A stretch of 63,940 bases of DNA, counting the filler, from Craspedostauros australis (Eukaryota), in NCBI GenBank assembly GCA_030167865.1. It is 6 parts of 6 records of this genome, joined end to end, with 100 filler letters (N's around TTAATTAATTAA, not from the genome) between each part and the next. Parts side by side here need not be neighbours in the genome. Positions count along the whole stretch, not along the records: positions 42,353 to 54,993 come from JALAGF010002855.1; 5 more parts are not named here. One strand, 5' to 3'. The position numbers and the translations under genes were made by a program. Each line of letters opens with the position of its first letter. Within the stretch, counting starts at the first letter, position 1. The notes under the pieces are model-generated. The model searched no databases. It was not told the DNA's origin and worked only from the letters and a program-made list of their open reading frames with translations. This document shows, in pieces, positions 43,359 to 55,093 of the stretch.

Positions 43359-46300
43359 TCATTCGTCGTCCTCGTCGTCATCATCATCGTCCTCCTCGTC
43401 TTCATCATCGTCAGCTTGGGCACTTTCAATTCCCTCTTCGCCCTCGTCATCATCTCCATCATCATTATCGTCCTCATGTTCGATTTCGATGAGAACGTCG
43501 ACATGATCGATATCGGATTGAAAATTGACGACGCGACCGATACCTCGGGGTTGGTCATCGCGCAGCGTCAGGGCGACGCTACCCTGGATCTTCTGAAAGA
43601 CGCTGATGAATTCGACTGCCACCTCTTCATCCTGATCGTACGAGAACAAGTTGATATCGAGATGCTTTCTTCCATCCCACACGAGCACAACGCTGCCTGC
43701 ATCGTAAAGGGACGTGATGACGCATCCCTCCATGTCCTCGTCCATCTGCGGAGTGAGCTTATCTCGTGCGCCCACGACGAAGAGCGATAATGCGATGGCC
43801 TCGGCGAGATAGAGCGGAACGATCGGTTCCCCATCCTCGGTTTGCTCCAGCTGGAAGATGCTCTGGCGACCGAACGGCTTCTGCTCTTCGTACTGCTTCA
43901 TCGCTGGCGTTGGATCGTACGCTTCTGGCAAGTATTCGCGTGGACTGAAGTTGTCGAACCACGCCCATTTGCCACCTTGGACCTTTTCAACCTTGGCATC
44001 CAGTCCCGTTGCTTCCTTCATGCTGAGAACCAGTTCACCGAGGTGCTTCGAGTATTGATAATCTCCGATGGACAGCACGCCCATTTCAACAGAACTGCCA
44101 CTGCTGTCACTGGAGAGCCTGACCTGTGCGCGGCTGCTTGGATCCATCGCTTCATCGCGACGCATCTTCTCGAGCAGTCCTCTTCGCCATATCTCCGACG
44201 TGTCCCTCATGAAGGAAACCACCATGTACGAATGGTCTTGGAGAAGCGTCTTGCGGTTTCTCGTGCTGCTCATGATGGAGAAGACGACCTTTGCTGTCTC
44301 GATCTCTGCGCTCTCGTCGACGATCATTGTGGAGATGAGAGATTCGCCAACATCGTTTCGCAGCTGCTTTGTGATGTCGTACTCACAAACGTACATGCTC
44401 GCGGATCTCACTTCCACCGATCCGGTGGTGTCAATTCCGTCGCAGGAGTACACCGCCACGACTTTCTTCACCCCTTCCTTCTGCTCCATCACTTCGCGGC
44501 TGGTACATAGCGCATCCTTGGCCCCGCATACAACGAGGGCCACGCCACCCTCCATCCACAGCATCTTGTCGATTGTGTGGCTCAGTGCCTTGTCGATGGT
44601 CTCCTTGTCGATGGGCTTGATCTCCTTCGCCGCCTCTTGCGCTACATCAGTGCCAACGTCACAATTGCGGCTCATGGCGTTCATCTGCGGACCCATGGTG
44701 CTCTGGTCCTTCTTCCACTCGGGGTATCCGAACATTCCACCGACCACAACGCGGTAGCTGGAATACGATCCCTTCGGGCTTCCCGAGAGCGCGATCAAAG
44801 CATCACGCAGCGCCTCGTACTTGCTGAAGGCACCCCACAAGTGAGCATCGAATGCAATGTAGTCACTGTCCTTCCAGAGTCGTGCCATGACGTATCCCTC
44901 CTTGAGCGTGATGATGAAGGCTTTTTCCGTGGTGGACTTGGCAACAGGTTCGACAGATGTCAGTCCAACCTCTTCAACCGCCTTGGTCACAGCATCCTTG
45001 ACGGCGGAAGTGGAAGATAGATCCATGGTGACCTTTTCAACGTTGAGGATCATGTGCTGTCCTGCTGCCTTGGTCTGCTCGACCAGTTCTGGCTGTGGTC
45101 GGGTCTTGCACTTGCCTTGTTCGGTGGCATTGTTCTTGCGAAAGTCATGGATGAGCCTGAGACGATCCAAGTCTTCCACGATTGGATCTATCAGCTTGTA
45201 TTCGACATCATGGTCCTTGGCGATGTGGTGGAAGAAATCCCTCTTGTTGCTGCCATATACCATGGCTTGTTTGCAAATAGTTGGGACATCATCGACATGA
45301 ATCTCGGCGGTGTAGTCGAAGATCTCGGCCATCTTGTTGTGGTAAAATTCGTTCTTTACCATCACGCCATCAGGCTTGAGGTAGAGGGACAGAGCCTCCA
45401 GGACATCGAGCTCGTCCGTCACGGTGAGAGAAGTGACTGTTTCGGAAAGATCGACAAGGACCATGTCGAAGGAGGCTGCGTAGTCCTCCGGAAGGAGCAC
45501 TAGACTCTTGGTAGCATCACCGTACCACCATTCGACGCGATCATCGTCAAAGTGTGGCTGCGTGTGCATGCGCTTGAAGACCTGCCGGGTGACCTGCTGA
45601 TCGATCTCCAGACCGACTACCAACTCGAGTTCTGGGTATTTGAGAACTTCGTGCAAGATCATGGAATCTCCGCCACCGATGAAGAGGACGCGCTTGACTT
45701 CATCAAGGTATCTGGCGGGATAGTCGACGATGTACTCGTGGTAGTGCGGGCGGTAATCAGAGCAGATCTGCACCGTCATATCGAGATCCATGCAGATATT
45801 CTTGTCTCTGCCACGCACCATGAATCGCATGTCCTGGTAGTGCGTCTCATGCCCTGCGAGGATATGGAATTCTCTGAATTCGAGGATCTCGTCAATATCG
45901 CATACGTTGGTGATGTAGTCGACATCGTCCTTGTCATCGTCGAGATCGTCGTAAGTGTCCTGCACGACGCACTTGTCATCGATGACCTTTCCGTCCAGGC
46001 AGGCCAGATCTTCGTCGCCATCGAAATGTGTGATGAGCGCAAGCTTCATGGCATTCATGATGGCAGCATGGTACTGCATGGCGGACTTCCATTCGTGTTC
46101 CGGAATGTGGCCATCCTCCTGCGTGTTCCATTCGATGTTGCCGATGCGTTGGAGGCGCTGCACGTGATGGCGCAGATACACGATATCCACGTCCTCGAGC
46201 TCCGCCATTGGTTCATCCAGTTGCATGTCGTAGAAAGTCACAGCGATGGTGCCATCTTCTTCGTCCTCGTCCAGATCGACGCGGAGATCCTGAATGTGGA

Positions 46301-47283
46301 ATCCCCAGCGTTGTGGGTAATCCTCGAGGATTCCCTGATCACGGAAGATTTCTGAAGTGATGATACCATGCGTGCGTGTACGTGTGCGTGTGTAAATGGG
46401 GAAGAGAAGTGTAAAGCGTGGAAGAATAGTATAGTATGTAGAGGATGGAATTGTGGTGAGGAATTTGTGTAGGTCCACGAGTGTACATCGCAACCCAAAG
46501 TTGGAAATGGTTGACATTGTCCAGATGCACTTGCCGCCAGTGGATCATGCACGTACCTGGCGTCCCGAACCTCGTCGTGCGATGATTGCAGGCCTTGCAA
46601 AGATTCTGACTGGCATGCAGCTGCTCGCCGGCCTTGATCTTGCGCGTGGCGTAGAAGGAACGCGATTCGCTGTCAGGTTTGACGCGGTGATCTACATTGT
46701 GGTCGACGCCGTTGGCATGCTCGTAGAAATCCAGGAACGGGATCATAGCCTCATCCTCGGAATGCGCCACGACCGCCAACGCCATGGTGCGCTCGACGGT
46801 GGAATTGCCACCACCGCACGTCGTCTCCCAATCATCCGTCAACCAGCCGACGGAATATCCCGGCGTGAGGCCGTCGGTGATTTCTTCGAAGAGGTACCGG
46901 CCGGCCTCGGACCAGGCGGACGGCACGGCGGTCGTCAATGTCGTGTCGAGCAGGTGCTGCACGTAGGCTGCGTGATCGGACGCCTCACCCTTTTCCACTT
47001 CCGCAATCAAGGCTCTCACGAGATTGCAATGCAGATCGTTGGAGGAACCCTCGCGCTCGGCCTCGATGGCGTACTGCGCTGGCACGGTGATGAGCGCTTC
47101 GCCCTTGGCAATGTCCTCGGTGGCGAAGACGCCATCTTCTCGGATCTCTTGCTTGGCGGAGAAGAAGCCGTCCTTGTGCTGCTGGATGGATGCGATGAGT
47201 TGGATGGTGGAATCCGATACTGCAACGGTTGGCGCTGCCGTCAGCGCGACCAGCAACAGCACGCGTGGCAATTGCAGCATCAT
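43359..47283 (-). CDS. Signal peptide - SET - aminopropyltransferase (spermidine-synthase-like) - 2x AdoMetDC-like fusion; candidate long-chain polyamine synthase; exons 47283-46557 and 46351-43359, ~1239 aa
   Basis: Leader MMLQLPRVLLLVALTAAPTVA. SET motifs GVFATEDIAKGEALITVP, MIPFLDFYEH, ATRKIKAGEQL. Intron 46556-46352 gives FGTPEIFRD. APT motifs VQIC...HYHE, KRVLFIGGGDSMILHEVLKY, GLEIDQQV, GDA, FDMVLVD. SpeD-like segments GQHMILNV...EGYVMARLWKDSDYIAFD and GRQSIFQL...GSVVLVWDGRKHLDINLF. Acidic tail. Confidence 0.88.
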
Positions 47284-47935
47284 GGTCAGGCAGCAATGTC
47301 GGTGTTGTTGTTCTGTGGAACCCACTGATGCGAACGCAGTTATGCTGAATGAATGAATGCTTGTGGTGAGTGAATGTGGATGTGAATGTGAATGTGAATG
47401 TGAATGTTGATGGCTATTGTAGCTTCAATGCTATTGTCGTTGTTGTCGTTGTTGCACACCAATTTGCCAAGCTCTTCTCATGCTTCTCTCGCATTGCATC
47501 ATGCGGTTGTGCATCATCTCGCAATGACAAGTGAGTATTGGATCTTTTGGCGGACGCGCAGCTCTACTGGAGGAAGCGCGCAGCACGAAGCCGCATTCAT
47601 GCGTTTGGTGACTTCGGTGCGCGATCCTGACTCGTGATTCACATTCCCATTCGAATCATGGATACGCTAGGCGAAGCCCAAATCATTCTCCCCAAATGAC
47701 CCAAACACGATCGCGGACTTCAACACATCAAGGGGAGAGGAGTGTCTGTTTCCATCGTCTCTCTCTATCGTGGTGTTGTTTGTGTTGTACGACTACTACT
47801 CTGGCTTGTGATCACTGCGGATGGCACCAGGAATGCCCACAACAATCGCAAGCGCAACAGAAGCAACAATACGAGCCAGCAATCGTGCGACCTGCAGTCC
47901 ACTCCCCCACACAAGACAGCAAGGCTCAAGTGACA

Positions 47936-49468
47936 ATGGGAAAGAAGAAGGGCGCAAAGAAGTCCAAGGCCAGCGCCGCCGATGCCAAAGATGTGAAGAA
48001 CACCAGCAGCAACTCGGATCTGGGATCCGCGGTCTCCATCGGCGTGGGCATCTGGGTCGCTGCCCTGGCGGCATTCGCGGCCGTCAAGGCGCCCGCCTTC
48101 TTCAGCCGCAATGGCGACTACGGCACCTTCAACCCACCGGTCGGTCCACCCAAATCCAGCCCGCCCGCGAACCAGCAGACGCCGCGCAATCTGGAGGCCG
48201 AGCGCAGGATCCAGGAGGCCAAGACCTTCGAAGTCTTCGACGCCGAGTACAAGTGCGATACGAAGACCCTGCTGCAGTTCTTGCACGTCAAGCCCGTGCC
48301 CGGCATGCACATGTTCTGCATCGAGACGGCCAGTCCGACGAAGCGCGTTCTCAACGTCTTTCAGGATGCAACGGCCAAGCAGAAGGCCAACGTCACGGAG
48401 GCGGATATCAGCAGGTTCGCGCCGTCCTACGTTGCCGAGATGGAGGCGTGGACGTGGGATACGCTCAAGATGGCATTCAACACCACGTTGGGATGGTCGG
48501 AAACTGGCAAGGACGCTGGCAGCACTGATCCAAGCGACAACCTTGGCGGAGATCACGAGAAGCAACCATGGGCCATCTTCTCACCGACGGGAAAGCGGTT
48601 GATGGATGCGAGCTGGGGTGGACCGGATGCTTCCACGCCTGCGGCAACGAAGAAGGAGGCGGATCGAATCGCCAGTCAGGAGCTGCCCAAGCTCGGCATC
48701 TTCTTCCTCATGGAAGGCGGGCAGTGGATTTGGCCTGGTGTAAGGAAAGGATTCCGACGCACCATCGCGCTCGATGATGCCAACGATGCGACGTTGGAAA
48801 CGCTCTCGCTCAAACCGCTGGTGTTCAGTGTGGAGGGATTCTTGACGGAGGATGAGTGCGACTTCATCCAGGAGGCCGCGGAACCAAACATGAAGTACTC
48901 CGCCGTCTCGCTCATGGACAAGGACAAGGGGCGTCCAAGCTCGGACTTCCGAACCTCCAAAAGTGCATTCGTCACGTCAAACAACAAGCCATGGTTGCGC
49001 ACGGTGGAGGACCGCACGGCCTCGTTGATCCGCACGCCGCGTCAGCACCAGGAGCACGCGCAGGTCTTGCAGTACGGCAACCAGGAGAAGTACGATTCGC
49101 ACTTGGATTACTTCGATCCGAACATGTACCGCAACGATCCTCGCACCATGGCGACCATCAAGCATGGACGTCGCAACCGCATGGCGACGGTCTTCTGGTA
49201 TTTGACCACCGTGGCGGATGGTGGCGAGACGGTCTTCCCACGCGCCGGTGGCCTGCCGCATCCAACTGACAACAACGTCTCAAAGGGTGGTTGCGACGTC
49301 GGGTTGAAGGTCAAGCCGCAGCGTGGCAAGGTCATCATCTTTTACAGCATGACGCCGGATGGCAACATGGACCCGTACTCGTTGCACGGTGCTTGTCCCG
49401 TCAAGGAAGGGGAAAAGTGGGCGGCCAACAAGTGGGTGTGGAACGAACCCATGACATACGTGGAGTGA
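47936..49468 (+). CDS. Prolyl 4-hydroxylase (2OG-Fe(II) dioxygenase), type II membrane-anchored
   Basis: N-terminal TM, then PLVFSVEGFLTEDECD, RTS, QVLQY...YDSHLD (HxD), RMATVFWYL, GGETVFP, SLHGACPVKEGEKWAANKW. Confidence 0.95.
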   Translation: MGKKKGAKKSKASAADAKDVKNTSSNSDLGSAVSIGVGIWVAALAAFAAVKAPAFFSRNGDYGTFNPPVGPPKSSPPANQQTPRNLEAERRIQEAKTFEVFDAEYKCDTKTLLQFLHVKPVPGMHMFCIETASPTKRVLNVFQDATAKQKANVTEADISRFAPSYVAEMEAWTWDTLKMAFNTTLGWSETGKDAGSTDPSDNLGGDHEKQPWAIFSPTGKRLMDASWGGPDASTPAATKKEADRIASQELPKLGIFFLMEGGQWIWPGVRKGFRRTIALDDANDATLETLSLKPLVFSVEGFLTEDECDFIQEAAEPNMKYSAVSLMDKDKGRPSSDFRTSKSAFVTSNNKPWLRTVEDRTASLIRTPRQHQEHAQVLQYGNQEKYDSHLDYFDPNMYRNDPRTMATIKHGRRNRMATVFWYLTTVADGGETVFPRAGGLPHPTDNNVSKGGCDVGLKVKPQRGKVIIFYSMTPDGNMDPYSLHGACPVKEGEKWAANKWVWNEPMTYVE

Positions 49469-49866
49469 GGTCATTCTCATGGCAGCCAGCACATATGGTA
49501 GCTTGGCTTGTCATGACTTAACTGACAGAAACTGAAACAGACCAGGAGAAATCCTGTGGGGTCAATGCCGAAGCAAGCTGCTCGTGTGAGAATTCTACTC
49601 TATTCCTCTTCTTAACGCATGCTTCATACTGAATTCTTGATGCAAACAAACATTGACGACTCCACTCTACTCTACGTGAAAGTGTAATGGTGAATGCCTC
49701 GCATGGTACAGAGAGTGCGGTTGGTCAATCACTCTCTGGAGATTACCAGCACTCCTCATACTAATCTGATATTACGTTCATATCTATGCATGTATGTCAA
49801 CATTAATGAATCATGTTCAATTACTTGACTGAATGGATGCAAAACTCTTCAACTTCATCTGACTGT

Positions 49867-51639
49867 CTAGTCGTTGTACTCGCCAGGATAGGCCATGCGC
49901 CAGGACTCGCGCATGCGTTGCGACAGCTGCGGGTGGTTGACTTGGAATTCGTTGGGTGCCTCGGCGAAGCACACGATCACGGTGTTGACTGCGCTGGAGA
50001 TGATGCCAAACAGGATCGTGGAGACGACGAAGCCCAGGAAGAGACCGAAGACGAAGCCGATTGCCATGAGGGTGCCCACAGAATCGGTGCCGGCGCCTGC
50101 CAGTCCGGCGACGATGAGTCCGATGATCCCCGTCAGCACACCGACTCCGACGCTGACCATGAAGAGGACTGTGTCAACCAGCACGTCCGCGATGATGGCA
50201 GTCCATCCGCGCTGCGAGAACAGCTGCATGACGTTCTTGCCAGCATCGATGAAGGAGTATCCGTAGAGTCCGACGTACACGAAGGCCCACTTGTTGAAAT
50301 ACTCGATGAGCGCTTCGATGCAACCGACGACGCATTCCAGGAGCGCGAGAAGGACGGAACCACCATCCTGCTGCTCTCTAGCGCCGTGGACCATCTCTTT
50401 GATGGCCTGGATGATGGCGACGATCAGGGAACCGAAGCAGATGGAACCGAAAGACGTCGTGATTGATCTCCAATACGATTCGCGTACGGCCTGAGAGCAG
50501 CATCCGTTGGCTTCGTGCGGGACGAACCACCATGTTCCCACGGTGCCGGCCACCGTACAATGCACCACGTTCTTCAGGACTTCTCCAACCCAGTAGTAGC
50601 TGATGAAGAAAAGGAAGATGACGAACGAACCAGCGGCTCCGTCGTTGGAGCATTCTCCTGAAGCATCGCATCCGTTGAGAACATAGATGGCCCCGACAGC
50701 GGATACCATCCACAAGATGGACCACAGAAAGCTCAGCGCGAGGTTGAGGTAGGCGAAGAACGTGAGGCCAATGTTGGCACGCACGGCCTGGATGGCCGTG
50801 ACCAGGTTGGAGGCGGCGAACGGAATGCGGTTCCACACGGAGTACGCGTACCAGGCGGAGAAGGCGCAACCCAAACCACCCATCAAGGCACCTTCTACGG
50901 AGCCAGATCCGAGAGCCGCCAGCGCCATGAATCCGAACAGGATGATGTTGAACCACAGCGCGGCCTTGATGAGACCGCCTGCGCATGACATCATGAGGGA
51001 CATCCCGAGAGATGACACGATGAAGGCCCCGGCGCCCGTGGTAGCCATGACGACGAAGAGGGCTTCGACGGAGATGTCGAGATCGAGCTCCTCGTCGTTC
51101 CCACCATTGCCGTCAGCGTAGCCGTTGTTGTAATCGGCTTCCTGGTAGTTGCCTTGCCAACCGTTCTGGTTGCCATCACCATCACCTGCGCCATCTCCGT
51201 AGTCATACACGTCCTCCGCGTTGTATTGTTCCAAGAAACGTCTTGACGACGCGTTGAGGCTGCTCATCAACCGGCGTCCGTTGTTCTCGTTGGCGGCATT
51301 TTCCGCAACGTCGCTGGCGAACTGCGGGAAGAAGGTGACGGCGCAGAACACCATGATGGCCAGGTGAACGTAGAAGAGGATGGCCCAGAAGGCATCCTTG
51401 CAGGTGCCATTGTCCTTGAAGGCTTCTGGATGACGCTCCTCCTTGTTCCAGGTCGCGTTGCCCCCCGCCGTCGTCATGCCTGTGATGGTGGCATTGTTGT
51501 ACGTGCTGGCCGGGATCAAGCTGGCCTGGTTGCCCTGCTGCTGCTGCGGTGGTGACACCACCGTTCCTTGCACGACCTGGCCCTGGACCACAACCGGGGC
51601 GCCGTTGTTCGACCCTGCGCTGTAGTAAGGAGTGGACAT
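49867..51639 (-). CDS. Choline-transporter-like protein (CTL/SLC44/PNS1 family)
   Basis: CKDAFWAILF, RIPFA, NVVHCTVAGTVGTWWF, TTSFGSICFGSLIVAII, YFNKWAFVYVGLYGYSFIDAG, TVIVCFAE. Confidence 0.93.
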   Translation of the reverse strand: MSTPYYSAGSNNGAPVVVQGQVVQGTVVSPPQQQQGNQASLIPASTYNNATITGMTTAGGNATWNKEERHPEAFKDNGTCKDAFWAILFYVHLAIMVFCAVTFFPQFASDVAENAANENNGRRLMSSLNASSRRFLEQYNAEDVYDYGDGAGDGDGNQNGWQGNYQEADYNNGYADGNGGNDEELDLDISVEALFVVMATTGAGAFIVSSLGMSLMMSCAGGLIKAALWFNIILFGFMALAALGSGSVEGALMGGLGCAFSAWYAYSVWNRIPFAASNLVTAIQAVRANIGLTFFAYLNLALSFLWSILWMVSAVGAIYVLNGCDASGECSNDGAAGSFVIFLFFISYYWVGEVLKNVVHCTVAGTVGTWWFVPHEANGCCSQAVRESYWRSITTSFGSICFGSLIVAIIQAIKEMVHGAREQQDGGSVLLALLECVVGCIEALIEYFNKWAFVYVGLYGYSFIDAGKNVMQLFSQRGWTAIIADVLVDTVLFMVSVGVGVLTGIIGLIVAGLAGAGTDSVGTLMAIGFVFGLFLGFVVSTILFGIISSAVNTVIVCFAEAPNEFQVNHPQLSQRMRESWRMAYPGEYND

Positions 51640-52538
51640 GGTTGTTGTCTACTCGTGCGCGGAGAGTAGTAATACCCTACCCAATACTCTCTCGTGGTGT
51701 CTGGACAGCTGCAAACTCTTGACGTTGCCCTTCTTGGATGGAATCTGGGTGGACTCGAGGAGATTTGGATGTGTGTATGTGTGTGTGTGGATCAATGGTG
51801 GTGGCGGTTGGGACTTGAATAGAAGAGTGCATGGCAGAGGAGATTGTACGTGCGACTACTCATGGCATTGCTCTCCCAAAGTTGAGACTTGGGCTGCCGT
51901 GATGTTGTTTCGAAACTGTTTCGCTCTGCCACAACGAGTGCGCAAAGGGGCCGTTTTTGTGAAGACAACGGGCGAATCACCCTTTCCGCAACCATATTGG
52001 CGATGGATGTCGTTAAAGACGTTAATTATGAACACTTTAAAATATGTTGAAGTAGTCGACTGTGTCCAACAACAACAAGACCACCCGCTCACACAGGACT
52101 CAAGATCCACTTGAGTCACGATTTAGAACAGAAGGCGTCAGACGTGGAAGTGTCGTATTCGGCCTTGGTGCTCGCCTCTGGCGAGGTCGCAATCAGTGCC
52201 TGTTCATGTGATGTTCTCCTGCGATGTTAGTGTCAAGGGCACAAGGCACCACACGAGGAGAGATGGACGATTTCACTGTCCATGGGTATGAGGAGAGCAA
52301 CATCGTCAATGCCAGAAGAGTAACGTGGTTGCGAGTGGCTCGCACGAGTATTACATGACACAAGGACCAGCAACACGCACAGTAGTTGCAGCAGCCTCTC
52401 CATTCGTACCCTCATTGAGGGATACGACGAGCTCACAAATCAACAGAAGGATCAATGCAAAAAGACCAAGTGCAAACCCAAAGAACAAGGCACAACCGCA
52501 TTCGTCCATCTCCGATCGCTTGAGATCCACCCCTCGCA

Positions 52539-54714
52539 ATGGCGCAAGATCCCACCCCTGGTGGAGGCAACGCCAAAGATCCGCTCCCAAATCATTGCAA
52601 GCGCGACTATGACTTCAGCGTTGATCTGATCAGCAATGCCTCCGACCACATCGGCTTCCTCAGAGGCTTGCATGCGAACGGCATCACGCTGCAACGCCCA
52701 ACCGAACGCTCTGCCCACCGGTACAAGCTCTGGTTGGATATGGTGCGCGCCATCCACGAAGACTGCGCACGACCAGGCCAAACAAGAGAGCCGCCTAAGC
52801 TCATCCCGCCTGCCGATGTGGCGTGGCTGTGGCACTGCCATCGGTTGGCGCCAATGAGGTACGTTGAATATCTCAAGGAACGCTACGGATCCAGCGGCTT
52901 CATCTTGCTCGAGGCCAATCCACCATTCGACTTTCAGACCGAGAATGGCACGGATGGTGCGCAATCGGCCGCCACCGTCGATGATGACGAGAACACGCGG
53001 CAGCTGTGGAACAGACACCATCCAACCGAGCCGTTCTTCCTTTCGGAATCATCGTGGTCTCATGCCAACGAGTCGCAGATCATGGAAAGGGGACCGGAGA
53101 GTCCCAGCACCCCGACCTCCCTGCTATCGGGCTTTGATGTCATTGAGAGCGCGGAGCGTCAATCCACGTTCCTCTGGCAAGTCTCGCAACCGAACTTCTT
53201 CAAGGATGGATTCCTGCGACAAGGACTGGCGCAGTACACCAAGTTCCTGCAGCTCCGCCGCATTGCCAACACCAAGCAAGTCACAATCGTCCCAACCTAC
53301 CAGATCGACTTGTTCTGGCACACGCACATCCTCGCCAACATGCAGGGATACTTCGACGACTGCAAGCAGCTGTTGGGCTACATCCTGCATCACGATGACT
53401 CGCTGACCGATCGTTCCGAAGGTGGCGTGCTGGACACGTCGTTCCGCGAAACTCAAGAGCTGTGGCAGGAGCACTACGGCGAAGCATACAAGTGCCCCGG
53501 AGGCATGTACCGCGGGGAGCCGCCCAAGACATTCTACCATGCCCATTGGCCGCAGCAGCTCCGTGAACAGATCGAGTGGGAGCAAGGTGTCGGTCCCTAC
53601 ATCAACATGATCCATGTGCAGGGTGCGACCTCCACCAACCCTGACTCCAAATTCAACACGAGCAACGCCCTTCCCGTTTGGCAGTACAAGTCTGACGGCG
53701 GCGTCTGGATGGACTATGGTGCCGCGGAACGTGACAACATCAATGCTGCCTACAGCACAAACCCAACCGACCAGTCCTTCCATTTGGAGACGGATCGTCA
53801 CACGCTCATCATCGACTTCGAACAAAATGTGCAAGTCAACCACAGCACACAAAAGAGGAACACCATCCGACGTCAGCATGTGCTGTGGCAGCACCAACGA
53901 GACGGAACCGACATCACGTGGGAGGACTACGCCATCGGCATCCAAGTACTCATCGAAGCCGCGCATCAAGAGCAAGACTTTTCCAAGAAAATCTTTGAGG
54001 CGAAGATCGGTTCGAAGACCTTCGCGATCGACACGTTGGGAATGACCCAGGTCGACCTGGGCCACAAGGATGCATCCCCATCCAAGATACGCCGTCAAAC
54101 CCAAGACACCGTTTCGGTTGCAACGAGCGAAGGATATGGTGGACTCGATCCATTGGCCACCGCAGGCGCACAGATTCCTGACACTGCTACCAGTCTCGCT
54201 CCTCAAGATGGCGCTATTGATTATACCGCCTCGTGGACCCCGGTGGACGGAACCACCAAGGATGGTAAGCCAGGCTTTGTGGCAGCCGGTCCAAAGACGA
54301 CACGCCCAGACCTTGGTAACCCACCCAGGGATGACTACATCTTCGACAACGGTAGTTTAGGTGTGGGATACTACCATCAAACGACCAACGATGCGCAATA
54401 CATCCTGCTGAAGCGGGTTTCCCAAAAGCGAGCCCGCCTGGAAGACGATCGAGGCACCATTATGTGCGTATCCATCCTTTGCTTATGTGGTCTGCCGCTT
54501 TGTCTTGGTGCCACAAAGGGCATATCTCAGGAGATTGCAGCGTTGGATGCACTTGCGACAGCCATTCGGGTCCGAGTGAAATCTGCTGGACCCAGTGCTC
54601 CCATCGCACTCCCTTCCAATGTCACAAGTCGACTCTACAAGGAAAATAGGGTCGATGTCATTGGTCAGGCGTACGACGCCAAGCGGTGGAACGCACTCTT
54701 CATGGGCGCTGCTG
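52539..54714 (+). CDS. DUF1399 (GRDP-like) protein with two tandem WWE domains; probably continues after an intron starting at 54715
   Basis: LIPPADVAWLWHCHRLAP.RY and IVPTYQIDLFWHTHIL...HDDSLTDRSEGG (DUF1399 halves). WQYKSDGGVWMDY...INAAY...IDFEQNVQVN...IRR and WQHQ...WEDY...IEAAH...IDTLGMTQV...IRR (WWE). G|GTAAGT donor at 54715. Confidence 0.82.
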
Positions 54715-54963
54715 GTAAGTTTTCGTATCCCTTCCATCTATCTTGGCACGCCCAACGATTTCTCGGTTCTCGACAAAGTCTGGTGGTGTCTCCGGTTGGT
54801 CGATTTGTGCAAATGGCTCGCGATATCGGTTGTGTTGCTCTGCCTCACCAAATGTGCAACGCCAGGAAATGAATATGAATCGAGTGGAACAGTGGTGCTC
54901 GATGCAATCTGCGGTGGTATAGTGGTACGTGTATGCATGCGTCTCAAGTCGGCGTCACTAACC

Positions 54964-54993
54964 TTCTTCTTCTTCTTCTTCTTCTTCTTCTTC
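54964..54993. repeat. (TTC)n microsatellite at a contig end
   Basis: Ten ttc units run into the gap. Confidence 0.9.
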
Positions 54994-55093
54994 NNNNNNN
55001 NNNNNNNNNNNNNNNNNNNNNNNNNNNNNNNNNNNNNTTAATTAATTAANNNNNNNNNNNNNNNNNNNNNNNNNNNNNNNNNNNNNNNNNNNN

